From an uncultured Gemmatimonadales bacterium (lineage in GTDB: Bacteria; Gemmatimonadota; Gemmatimonadetes; Longimicrobiales; RSA9), in assembly GCA_963708135.1 (NCBI GenBank), contig OY970192.1:1024001-1088000 (forward strand): 64,000 nt of DNA, written 5' to 3'. A program made the position numbers and the translations under genes. Positions 47,518 through 56,811 of this stretch are shown here, piece by piece. The notes beneath the pieces are model-generated. The model saw only the letters and a program-made list of their open reading frames with translations, was not told the origin of the DNA and ran no database searches. How positions within the stretch are numbered: the stretch's first letter is position 1; every line of letters starts with the position of its first letter.

Positions 47518-49151
47518 GAGCCCGTCTCCGTAATGGCCGCGAACCATCGCTGGGCCGGTCGCGGCCGGGGTAGGCGGGGACCGGGACGGCCCCAATCGAT
47601 GTGCGCCCGGGTCCCACGCCCCGTGTTCGGCGCCTCTCCGGCTCTGTACCGGGCGCATTACGCCCGATCGGGGCGCTCAGGCGGGGGCCACTACCACATG
47701 GAGCCCCGCTTTCGCCGCGGCGAGCACCTCGTCGATGGAGGTCACCCCCGCACGGCACGCCCGGAAGAGCTTGAGCAGGTTGTGTGCGGTGCAGCCGAGG
47801 CGCCATTCACCGCGCACGTTCTCGTGACCGCGCAGGAGGAAGTGCCTCAGTCCGATCACATCCTTCATCTGCCCGCACACCGGCTCGACGGTGACCTTGC
47901 GGCGGTCGTACTGCGCGCGGCCTTCGGCGGTCCGCAGCTTGTGCCGCATGCGCTCCTTCGTGCTCGCGTCCGCCGGCGGCGGCCCCTCGCTCCGCGGCCC
48001 CTCACGCCACTCGCGGTGACGCACCTTCTCCGGCGCCACGTAGACGTCGATCTCGTACCACTCGAGCCGCTCGATGTCCGCCTCCGTCCAGTAGCCCGCG
48101 TCCGCGCTCACCGCCTCCGGCGTCTCGCCTACAGTATCACAAACGGCTTCCACCATCGGCACCAGCAAGTTCTTATCGTTGCTCTGCTGCACCACGTCCT
48201 CGGCCACGACGATCTGGTGCTCGGCGTCCACGGCGAGTTGGGCGTTATAGCCCTGCACGAAGGTCTTCTCGCTGTTCAGCATAATCCGGCTCTCCGGATC
48301 GGTGAAGTTGCGCTGCGCCTTGCCCTCCGGCTTCGCCTCCTCGGGCTTCTCCATGCCCGCCGCCTTGGCCTGGCCCCGGACCTGGGCTTCCAGCGCCGCC
48401 TTCGCTTCCTGGATCTTCTTCAGCCGGCTCTCACGGCGCCGCAGCTCTTCCGGAAGCTCCTCGCCGGCCGAGTCCTTGCCGTAGCGCCGGTCCTCTTCCG
48501 CGTCCTCCGCCGCGGCTTGCGCCAACAGACGGTTCACCTCAGCCCTCAGCCGCTTCTCCTCCTCCACCATGCGCGAGTAGCTCATCGCCTTGTGCTTGCT
48601 CGCGTTCCCCTTGACCTTCGTGCCGTCGATCGCCACGTGCCCCAGCTTGACCAGCCCCGCCGCTTTGCACAGCTGGAGCACCTGCGTGAACAGGTCCGCC
48701 AGCGCCTTGAGGTGCCGCTTGCGGAAATCCGCGACCGTACGGAAGTCCGGGCTCGCCCCGGCGCACACGACCCGGAACGCCACGTCTTCCAGGCACGCCC
48801 GCTGCATCTTCCGCGAGCTGCGCACGCCCACCACCTGCCCATAGAGGATGAGCTTCGTCATCAGCAGCGGGTGGTAGGGCGGATAGCCCCGCTCCTCGTC
48901 GTAGCTGTCGTAGATCCGCGAGAGATCCAGGGTGTCCACCAGGTCGCTCACGAAGTAGACCAGGTGCTCGGGCGGCAGCCACTCCCGAAGCGAGGGTGGC
49001 AGCACCAGAAGCTGATCCGGATCGTACGGACGAAACGTTTTCGCCACGCGGCAGACTCCTCGAAAAGGGCTGCCGCCAAACTACATCACCGAAGGCGGCG
49101 TGTACATCCCCGCGTGCGCACACGCGCGCGCGTGCTTACTCGGACACGCTC
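47518..49151 (-). mobile_element. IS1182-family insertion sequence (1634 bp) with CTAG target duplication
   Basis: CTAG at 47514-47517 and 49152-49155; imperfect terminal IRs GAGCCCGTCTCCGTAA and GAGCGTGTCCGAGTAA (reverse complement); single transposase. Confidence 0.9.
47677..49047 (-). CDS. IS1182-family DDE transposase
   Basis: LPPSLREWLPPEH, YHP..M.K, SSRK, PDFRTVADFR, AIDGTKVKGNASK, TDPESR, ADAGY, RRKVTVEPV. Confidence 0.95.
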   Translation of the reverse strand: MAKTFRPYDPDQLLVLPPSLREWLPPEHLVYFVSDLVDTLDLSRIYDSYDEERGYPPYHPLLMTKLILYGQVVGVRSSRKMQRACLEDVAFRVVCAGASPDFRTVADFRKRHLKALADLFTQVLQLCKAAGLVKLGHVAIDGTKVKGNASKHKAMSYSRMVEEEKRLRAEVNRLLAQAAAEDAEEDRRYGKDSAGEELPEELRRRESRLKKIQEAKAALEAQVRGQAKAAGMEKPEEAKPEGKAQRNFTDPESRIMLNSEKTFVQGYNAQLAVDAEHQIVVAEDVVQQSNDKNLLVPMVEAVCDTVGETPEAVSADAGYWTEADIERLEWYEIDVYVAPEKVRHREWREGPRSEGPPPADASTKERMRHKLRTAEGRAQYDRRKVTVEPVCGQMKDVIGLRHFLLRGHENVRGEWRLGCTAHNLLKLFRACRAGVTSIDEVLAAAKAGLHVVVAPA

Positions 49152-49236
49152 CTAGGGTGGCGCGAAACCTGCGCGCCATACCAGTGTATTCAATCTGCTG
49201 CAGCGTGGGTTGCGGAGACCTATCAGGGAGGCATCA

Positions 49237-49566
49237 ATGCAGATCACGGTCACACCGAACGCGGTGGCTGAGGTCCAGAAGTTCATGGAGGAGCAGGGCG
49301 CGGCGGAGACCGCCGGGCTGCGTGTGGCCGTGCTCCCGGGTGGCTGCTCGGGGTTCCAGTACGGGCTGAACATCGAGGACGAGGCGCAGGACGACGACGA
49401 CATCCTGGAGTCCAATGGAATCCGACTCTTCGTGGATCCGTTCAGCGGGCAGTATCTGAACGGGGTCGAGATCGACTACGTGACGACGATGATGGGCGCC
49501 GGGTTCACGTTCAAGAATCCGAACGCGACGGGCGGCTGCGGCTGCGGAAGCTCGTTCACGGCCTGA
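49237..49566 (+). CDS. A-type Fe-S carrier (IscA/ErpA/HesB family)
   Basis: GGCSGFQY, NPNATGGCGCGSSF; GGGAGG SD. Confidence 0.96.
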   Translation: MQITVTPNAVAEVQKFMEEQGAAETAGLRVAVLPGGCSGFQYGLNIEDEAQDDDDILESNGIRLFVDPFSGQYLNGVEIDYVTTMMGAGFTFKNPNATGGCGCGSSFTA

Positions 49567-49591
49567 GCGCCGGCGACACGCCGGCAGGAAC

Positions 49592-49629
49592 GGACCCGCC
49601 GGGGAAGAATCCCCCTCGGCGGGTCCTTT
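49592..49629 (+). terminator. Probable intrinsic terminator
   Basis: GGACCCGCCG/CGGCGGGTCC stem followed by TTTG. Confidence 0.7.
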
Positions 49630-49737
49630 GTCGTGCGGGGGGCGGTGCCGGGGCGGGTGGACCGGGTCGGGGGGCGATGGTAGGTTTGCCGCTTGGTGGT
49701 CGGGAGGGGTGGGAAACGACGAAGGCGGGGCGGAGCG

Positions 49738-50406
49738 ATGACGCGGCACGAGCGGACGGAAGTCGAGACGTTCACCTCCCGGGACTGGGGCGAGAACGCG
49801 TACCTGGTCTGGCGGGCGGAGGCGGACGAGGCGGTGGCGGTGGACCCCGGAGGCGAGGCGGGGGCGCTGGCGGCGAGGGCCGAGGAGGCGGGGCTCCGAG
49901 TGGCGGCGATTCTGCTGACGCACGCGCACCTGGACCACATCGAGGGCGTGGCGCGGCTCGCGGGGGCCACGGGAGCGCCGGTCCACCTGAATCCCGGGGA
50001 CCGGGGGCTGTACGACCGCGCCGCGGAGCAGGCGGCGATGTTCGGCGTCCGGCTGGAGGCGCCTCCGCCGCCGGACCGCGATCTGGTCGCCGGACCGCTG
50101 GAGGTGGCGGGGCTCGGCTTCGAGGTGCGGGCCGTGCCCGGGCACTCGCCCGGGCACGTGCTGCTCTATATGGGGGACGCGCGCGTGGCGTTCGTGGGCG
50201 ACGTCGTCTTCGCGGGCTCGATCGGCCGCACCGACCTGCCGGGCGGCGACCACCGCCGGCTCATGCGCTCGATCCGCGAGGAGGTGCTGACGCTGCCGGA
50301 CGAGACCGTGCTGTACTGCGGCCACGGTCCCGCGACGACGGTCGGCCGCGAGCGCGTGGGGAACCCCTTCCTGGTGCCGATGTACGGCGGCGGCGGGCTG
50401 GCGTGA
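49738..50406 (+). CDS. Metallo-beta-lactamase-fold hydrolase (glyoxalase II-like)
   Basis: THAHLDH, PGHSPGH, GDVVFAGSIGRTDLPGG, GHG..TT. Confidence 0.93.
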   Translation: MTRHERTEVETFTSRDWGENAYLVWRAEADEAVAVDPGGEAGALAARAEEAGLRVAAILLTHAHLDHIEGVARLAGATGAPVHLNPGDRGLYDRAAEQAAMFGVRLEAPPPPDRDLVAGPLEVAGLGFEVRAVPGHSPGHVLLYMGDARVAFVGDVVFAGSIGRTDLPGGDHRRLMRSIREEVLTLPDETVLYCGHGPATTVGRERVGNPFLVPMYGGGGLA

Positions 50407-51164
50407 GGCTGCCGGTGGCGGTTTTCGCCTCGGGGGGCGGCACGAACCTGCAGGCGCTCCTGGACCGCCTGGAGCCGTCGCTCGCGGGGGTAGCGCTGGT
50501 GGTGGCGGACCGCGCGGAGGCGGGGGCCCTGGCGCGGGCGCGCGCCGCGGGTGTCGCCGGCCGGGTGATCACCGTGGCCGGCCGGCAGGAGGACGCCGTC
50601 GCGCGCGAGATGCTGGCGGCGCTGGAGGAAGCCGGCGCGGAGCTCGTCGTCCTGGCGGGCTACAAGCGGCGGGTGAGCGCCGCGGTCGTGCGGGCGTACC
50701 GGGGGCGCATGCTGAACATCCACCCCGCGCTGCTTCCCGCCTTCGGCGGCTGGGGGATGTACGGCCGGCGGGTGCACGAGGCGGTGATCGCGGCGGGCTG
50801 TCGCGTGAGCGGCGCGACCGTGCACCTGGTGGACGAGGAATACGACCGCGGGCCGATCCTCGCGCAATGGCCGGTGCCGGTGTGGCCGAAGGACACCCCG
50901 GAAACGCTGGCGGCGCGCGTGCTGCGGGTCGAGCACGCGCTGCTGCCGGCGGCGGTGGCGGCGCTCGCGGCCCGCCTCGGCGGCGTCGAGGCGGACGCGG
51001 CCGAGGCGACCCGCGCGCTGGAGGCGCTCGGCGCGGCCGCGCCGGAGCAGGCGATCGCGGCCGCGGGCGCGGTTCTGCGGGGCGGGTCGCCAGCGAGCTT
51101 CGTGGCCGGGGATAGGGAGGAGCCGGATCGCCGCGGCATCCGGCGCATGCTGGGACTCGAGTGA
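50403..51164 (+). CDS. purN: Phosphoribosylglycinamide formyltransferase (with Ala-rich C-terminal extension)
   Basis: FASGGGTNLQAL, NIHPALLP, GATVHLVDEEYDRGPI, EH. Confidence 0.95.
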   Translation: MRLPVAVFASGGGTNLQALLDRLEPSLAGVALVVADRAEAGALARARAAGVAGRVITVAGRQEDAVAREMLAALEEAGAELVVLAGYKRRVSAAVVRAYRGRMLNIHPALLPAFGGWGMYGRRVHEAVIAAGCRVSGATVHLVDEEYDRGPILAQWPVPVWPKDTPETLAARVLRVEHALLPAAVAALAARLGGVEADAAEATRALEALGAAAPEQAIAAAGAVLRGGSPASFVAGDREEPDRRGIRRMLGLE

Positions 51165-51172
51165 GGGAGATC

Positions 51173-52747
51173 ATGGCCAGGGCGATCCTGAGCGTATCGG
51201 ACAAGACCGGCATCGTGGAGCTCGCCCGCGGGCTCGTGGCGCTCGGCTACGACATCATCTCGACGGGCGGGACGGCGCGCGCGCTCGGCGCGGAAGGCGT
51301 GGCCGTGATGTCGGTCAGTGACGTGACCGGGCACCCGGAGATCCTGGGCGGCCGCGTGAAGACGCTGCACCCGGCGGTGCACGGGGGGATCCTGGCGCGT
51401 CGCGATGCGGAGGGCGACCTGCGCGCGCTCGGCGAGTTCGGGTACGACCTGATCGACCTGGTGTGCGTCAACCTCTATCCGTTCGAGGAGACCGTGGCGC
51501 GCGGCGTCTCGCTGCGCGATGCAATGGAGCAGGTCGACATCGGCGGGCCGACGCTGCTGCGGGCGGCCGCCAAGAACCACGCATACGTGCTTCCGGTCGT
51601 GGACCCCGCCGACTACGGGCGGGTGCTCGACGCGCTGCGGACGGCGGTGCCGGATGCGCTGCGGCGCGAGCTCGCGGCGAAGGTGTTCGCGCACACGGCC
51701 CGGTACGACGGCGTGATCCGGGATTACCTGGGTGAGGGGGAGGGTGAGGGTGGGGGTAAGGGTGGGGGTAAGGGGCTGCGGGGGTTTCCGGAGGAGGGGG
51801 CGATCCGGCTGCGGAAGGTGCAGGGGCTGCGCTACGGGGAGAACCCGGACCAGACGGCGGCGTTCTACGCGGAGTCGGGTGCGCCGGCGGGGTCGCTACC
51901 CTCGCTCCGGCAGTTGCACGGGAAGGAGCTCTCCTTCAACAACCTCATCGACATCGATGCGGCCGTGCTGTGCGCGAGTGAGTGGGCCGGGGAGCCGCGC
52001 GCGGCGTGCGTGGTGGTCAAGCACACGACGCCGTGTGGCGTGGCGCTGGGGGAGAACGCGCTGGAGGCGTACCGGCGGGCGCTCGCGACGGACCCGGTGT
52101 CGGCGTTCGGGGGCATCGTCGCCTGCACGGTGCCGCTGGCGGCGCCCGCGGCGGAGGCCATGGCGGACCACTTCCTGGAGATCATCGTGGCGCCGGCGTT
52201 CGAGCCGGAGGCGCTCGAGGTGCTGACGCGGAAGAAGAACCTGCGGCTGATCGAGCTGCCTGTGGAGGCGGCCGGGCCGGGGGAGCTGGACTACAAGCGG
52301 GTGCGCGGTGGGCTGCTCGTGCAGACGCGGCTGGAGATGCGCTTTCCGGAGGACGAGTGGCGGGTGGTCACGGCGCGCGAGCCGACCGAGGAGGAGTGGC
52401 GCGATCTGCGTTTCGCCTGGCGCGTGTCGGCGGCGGTCAAGTCGAACGCGATCGTGCTGGTGCGCGAGGAGCGGACGCTGGGGCTCGGCGCCGGGCAGAT
52501 GAGCCGGGTGGACTCCTCGCGGCTGGCAGTGATGAAGGCGGCGGACCAGGGCCTGGATCTCGCGGGCGCGGCGCTGTCGTCGGACGCGTTCTTCCCGTTC
52601 CGCGACGGGGTGGACGCGGCGGCGCAAGCGGGCGCGCGCTCGATCATCCAGCCGGGCGGCTCGGTGCGCGACGCGGAGGTGATCGCGGCCGCGGACGAGC
52701 ACGGGATGGCGATGGTCTTCACCGGCCGGCGCCTCTTCCGGCACTGA
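51173..52747 (+). CDS. purH: Bifunctional AICAR formyltransferase/IMP cyclohydrolase
   Basis: SVSDKTG, GRVKTLHP, DIGGPT, LRYGENP, KHTTPCG, SDAFFPF, QPGGS. Confidence 0.98.
   Translation: MARAILSVSDKTGIVELARGLVALGYDIISTGGTARALGAEGVAVMSVSDVTGHPEILGGRVKTLHPAVHGGILARRDAEGDLRALGEFGYDLIDLVCVNLYPFEETVARGVSLRDAMEQVDIGGPTLLRAAAKNHAYVLPVVDPADYGRVLDALRTAVPDALRRELAAKVFAHTARYDGVIRDYLGEGEGEGGGKGGGKGLRGFPEEGAIRLRKVQGLRYGENPDQTAAFYAESGAPAGSLPSLRQLHGKELSFNNLIDIDAAVLCASEWAGEPRAACVVVKHTTPCGVALGENALEAYRRALATDPVSAFGGIVACTVPLAAPAAEAMADHFLEIIVAPAFEPEALEVLTRKKNLRLIELPVEAAGPGELDYKRVRGGLLVQTRLEMRFPEDEWRVVTAREPTEEEWRDLRFAWRVSAAVKSNAIVLVREERTLGLGAGQMSRVDSSRLAVMKAADQGLDLAGAALSSDAFFPFRDGVDAAAQAGARSIIQPGGSVRDAEVIAAADEHGMAMVFTGRRLFRH
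51731..51775 (+). repeat. In-frame G-rich hexamer tract inside purH
   Basis: Encodes GEGEGEGGGKGGGKG in the linker between the two PurH domains. Confidence 0.9.
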
Positions 52748-53629
52748 GGCGGCGGGCGCCTCTTCCGGCCCCCTGCCAGGCCGCCCGAAGCCCGGCGGAG
52801 CCGTCCCGGCTCAGTGGCGCAGGATGTTCGCGACCACGACGCCCGACGGGATGGTGACGCCATACTCGCGGTTCACCTGCTTGATGCTCGCCGTGAGCAG
52901 CGCCTCCATGAGGAAAGGGTTGTGCACGGGCGAGCCGGGCAGGTCGGCGAGTCCGGTGTTGAACTTCGCGCCCTCGGCGGTGGTGTAGACGCTGTCGGCG
53001 GGATTGAACTGGGACGCGGGCACCTGCGCCAGCATCGCCTTCAGCTGGGCGTTCAGGTCGGCGATGCGCTGCGTGGCCACGAGGAAGGCGCTGCGGGCCG
53101 CGCCCGGGGTTCCGTGGCAGCCGCTGGTGGCGCAGGCGGCGAACTGGCGCTGGTCGATCGTGCAGGTGGTGTCGGCGGTCGGGACGCCCTTGTCGTTCAG
53201 GCAGGGGACCGCGAGGAAGAGGTGCCCCGTCGCGTGGAACACGAAGTTCCCAGTGGCGGGGTCCGTCACATCGTAGCTCTGCACGTGGCAGGTGGCGCAC
53301 ATGCGCGGGTTGGCCGCGGTCCGGTGCGTCCCCACGATCTGGGCGGAGTCGAAGGGCAGGCCGGGCGGCCACCAGCCGGCGTTGCCGAGCAGGAGCGGTG
53401 TCTCGGGGGCGTGGGTCTCACCACCGGTTGTAAACTGGACAGGAGCGACGGTTTGAAAATGGACACTCCCGTCGAGGAGGTGAAGTCGAGGGCCGAAGCG
53501 CCGCAGGCGCGGGAGGCCACGTTGACAGGGAGATGAACGAAGCCCTCGCAGTGCGTAGAATCGGGGCGTCAGCTTAAAGACGTTCCCGAGCACCGGAGGG
53601 CTCCGCCAGTGATCCTACGGGAGAGGTCC

Positions 53630-54925
53630 ATGCAGATCAAGTTCCTGGCCCGCGAGGGCATGCAGAAGAGTCGGATTGCCGAGCGGCTGGGCGTCAGCCG
53701 CCAGACCGTCTACAACCACCTGAAGCGAAAGGAGGGAGAGCCGTTTCCGAAACCGCGATCGAAACGGGTCTCGAAGCTGGAGCCGTTCAAGGAGCACATC
53801 CGGGCGCGGCTGGAGTGCTTCGATCTGCCGGCCACGGTGCTCGTCCAGGAGATCCGGGCGCAGGGCTATCGTGGCGGACTGACGCTGCTGCGGGAGTTCG
53901 TGCGCCCGCTGAAGCAGGAGTTCGTGCGGCGGGTGACGGAGCGCTTCGAGACGCTGCCGGGGCAGCAGGCCCAGATCGACTGGGGGGAGTGCGGCAGCAT
54001 CGAGGTGGGCGGCGAGCGCCGGACGCTCTACGTCTTCGTCATGGTGCTGGGCTACAGCCGGATGATGTACGCGCGCTTCACGACCAGCTCGAAGCTGCCG
54101 GTGCTGCTGGCCTGTCTCGTTCGTGCCTTCGATGCGCTCGGCATCCCGAAGGAGATCCTGGTCGACAACATGAAGCAGGCGGTCGAGCAGCACGACGTCA
54201 CCACCGGCACGGTGCGCTGGAACAAGGGCTTCCTGGATTTCGCCGAGCACCACGGCTTCCTTCCGGTGGCGAGCCCACCGTACTGGCCACGGGTGAAGGG
54301 GAAGGTCGAGCGGGGCGTGGGCTACCTCAAGACCTCGTTCCTGGAGGGCCGCACCTTCACCGACCTCGAGGACCTGAACCGGCAGCTTGCGGTCTGGCTG
54401 GACACGGTGGCCAACGTGCGGATCCACGGCACCACCGGGCAGCGGCCGATCGACCGCCATGCGCTCGAGCTCGCGCACCTGCGGCCACTCGCAGCCGTGC
54501 CGGCCTACGACGTGCGCCCGGTGGAGCTCCGTACGGTCCCCTCCGACAGCCACATCAGCTACGGCGGGGTGCGCTACAGCGTGGATCCCATCGCGGTGGG
54601 TGGCACGGTGGTGGTCCGCTCGGAAGGGGGCGCGGTGGGAGACGCCTTCTCGGTCTACTTCGGTGCGCACCTGGTCGCGTGCCATCGGAGAAGGCCCAGC
54701 GGCTCGCCCCGCGTGACCCTGCCCGAACACGCGGCGCAGATCCGACGCCTCACGCGCGGCAGCGCCGAAGCGGCCGCTCGCCGCCGAGGCCATCAGCCAA
54801 GCTACGTACAGGTGGGCCAAGGCGGAGGCATTCTCTTGCTGGAGCGGATCCAGCGCTCGGCTCCGCAGGTCCAGGTGCAGCCGCTCTCGGCGTATGAGCG
54901 CCTCCTCGGGGACGGTGCGGCGTGA
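53630..54925 (+). CDS. istA: IS21 transposase IstA
   Basis: HTH (IAERLGVSRQTVY), RFETLPGQQAQIDWG, DNMK, KGKVER; alternative GTG start at 53609. Confidence 0.97.
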   Translation: MQIKFLAREGMQKSRIAERLGVSRQTVYNHLKRKEGEPFPKPRSKRVSKLEPFKEHIRARLECFDLPATVLVQEIRAQGYRGGLTLLREFVRPLKQEFVRRVTERFETLPGQQAQIDWGECGSIEVGGERRTLYVFVMVLGYSRMMYARFTTSSKLPVLLACLVRAFDALGIPKEILVDNMKQAVEQHDVTTGTVRWNKGFLDFAEHHGFLPVASPPYWPRVKGKVERGVGYLKTSFLEGRTFTDLEDLNRQLAVWLDTVANVRIHGTTGQRPIDRHALELAHLRPLAAVPAYDVRPVELRTVPSDSHISYGGVRYSVDPIAVGGTVVVRSEGGAVGDAFSVYFGAHLVACHRRRPSGSPRVTLPEHAAQIRRLTRGSAEAAARRRGHQPSYVQVGQGGGILLLERIQRSAPQVQVQPLSAYERLLGDGAA

Positions 54926-55692
54926 GTGCGGCCGTGAGCTATGAGCGGGTGCGGGACCAGCTCGGGCGCCTGAAGCTCGAGTCCGCGCTTGCCTCCCTGG
55001 ACAGCGTCCTCGAGCAGGGGCAGAAGCAGGAGCAGCTCCCGGTTGAAGTGCTCGATGAGCTGCTCGGCCGCGAGCTCGCCACCCGCTTCGAGCGCCGCGT
55101 CAGCACCAACCTGAAGCTCAGCGGCATTCCGGCACCCAAGACCCTGGAGAGCTTCGACTTCGACGCCCAGCCCTCCGTGCCGAAGGAGGTCATCCGGGAG
55201 CTCGCCACGCTGCGCTTTCTCCATCAGGGCGAGAACGTCGTGTTCCTCGGGCCCTGCGGGGTCGGCAAGAGCCACCTGGCCGTGGCCCTCGCGATCCGGG
55301 CGATCGAGCGCGGGCACCGCGCCTACTTCCTCAGCCTCCACGAGCTGGTGACCCGCTCCCGCGTGGCGCGCGAGAAGAACCGCCTCGACATCCTCCTGCG
55401 CGTCATCATCCGCGCCGATCTCTTCCTGCTCGACGAGGTGGGATACCTCCCGCTCGAGAGCGAGGACGCCACCTTCCTCTTCGAGGCCGTAAGCCGCCGC
55501 TACGAGGCCAACAAGTCGATCCTCCTCACCAGCAACAAGAGCTACGGGCAGTGGGACGAGATCTTTCCGGATCCGGTCCTCGCCACCGCGCTCCTGGACC
55601 GGCTGCTGCACCACGCCACCACCATCAACATCCGCGGCGAGAGCTATCGTCTCCGCAACCGCCGCGGCGCCGGCCTCACCACCACCCACTGA
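54922..55692 (+). CDS. istB: IS21 helper ATPase IstB
   Basis: GPCGVGKSHLA, LLDEVGY, TSNK, ALLDRLLHH, GESYR. Confidence 0.97.
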   Translation: MSAAVSYERVRDQLGRLKLESALASLDSVLEQGQKQEQLPVEVLDELLGRELATRFERRVSTNLKLSGIPAPKTLESFDFDAQPSVPKEVIRELATLRFLHQGENVVFLGPCGVGKSHLAVALAIRAIERGHRAYFLSLHELVTRSRVAREKNRLDILLRVIIRADLFLLDEVGYLPLESEDATFLFEAVSRRYEANKSILLTSNKSYGQWDEIFPDPVLATALLDRLLHHATTINIRGESYRLRNRRGAGLTTTH

Positions 55693-56811
55693 GAGAGGAG
55701 ATCCCCCATGCCGCGTTAGCGCCAAGACCGACGGAAGTGTCCAATTCTAAACCGTTGGACCTGTCAACTTCTCAACCGGCCTTGACAGGCGTGGGGGCCG
55801 CGCCCGGCATCCGCCGGGTCGGGGCCGCCGCGGCGGTTGTGGCAGCGCATGCAGAGGTTCTTCGAGGGGTCGGGCACGTTGTCGGCGAGGCGGAGCTGCC
55901 CGGGGTGGTTGTTCCGGTGCGGGTCGTGGCACACGGCGCACGTGATGGGCAGCGCGGCGGAGTCCTTGTCGATGTAGTTGGTCTCCACGTTGAACTGGTC
56001 GAGCGCGCCCTGCGCGATATGGCACCCCTGGCACTCGGGGCGGCCGGCAGGCGCCGAGAGCACCTGCGAGTGGGGCGACTTCGACCATTCCTCCACGAAC
56101 GGGTGGTGCGTCCCGTTGTGGCACTCGCCGCACCCGCGCTCGAGGTCCACTCCCACCGCCACGGAGGCGAGCGGCACGTTGTCGGGCTTCGGGTCGCTGA
56201 CGTGCGTGAGCCCCGGTCCGTGGCAGGACTCGCACTGCACGTTCACGTAGCGCGGATCCGCGACGGCGAGGTAGCCGACGTGTGCAGAGTCGGGCAGGGG
56301 GTTGCCACGCCCGTTCACACTGTGGCACGCCTCGCACACCGGCTGCGCGCCGCCGCTCTGTTGGAGGGTGGCCCAGGCGTGGGCGTGTGCCGTCTGCTTC
56401 CACTCCGTCTGCTTGTCGATGTGGCAGTTGCCGCAGACGGTCATCTCCCTGGTCGTGTCGGAGAAGCCGAGGAACCCCGCCGCCTCGGCCGGAACCCCCG
56501 CCGTCAGCTCGCGCTCCTTGAAGACCGTGCGGGTATCGACGCATCCCGCCGCGAGCGGCAGCAGCATCAGCAGGGCGAGCAGACGCGGCGACGTCAAGCG
56601 GGTGTGAGCGGCGTGCATCGGCCCCTCCGGGGGGCAAGGAGTGCGTGGGATCGGCCGCCGGACGCGGGAAGAGGTGAATACCGACGCCGGGCGGCCGGAC
56701 GGCGGGCGCGGGGTGCAAGGCGCGTACCGCGGCGGGAGTGCGCGTGCCCCGGACGGCCCAGCCACGCGGCCGGCTCCGGACTAGCGCGTCCGCGTCAGGC
56801 GACGCCGCGCT

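Larger units (their letters stand above)
53416..55787 (+). mobile_element. IS21-family insertion sequence (2372 bp), 8-bp TSD GGCGTGGG
   Basis: TSD at 53408-53415 and 55788-55795; imperfect IRs of about 58 bp, each with two related internal repeats; istA-istB pair. Confidence 0.95.
52811..56618 (-). pseudogene. Lipoprotein multiheme cytochrome c (475 aa reconstructed; 8 CxxCH plus 1 Cx4CH) interrupted by IS21
   Basis: N part 56618-55788: lipobox LAAGC, CGNCH, CEACH, CESCH, CGECH, CQGCH, CAVCH, CMRCH. C part 53407-52811: CATCH, CATSGCH. Removing the IS and one TSD restores the frame (GRGPHA-PETPLL). Confidence 0.92.
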
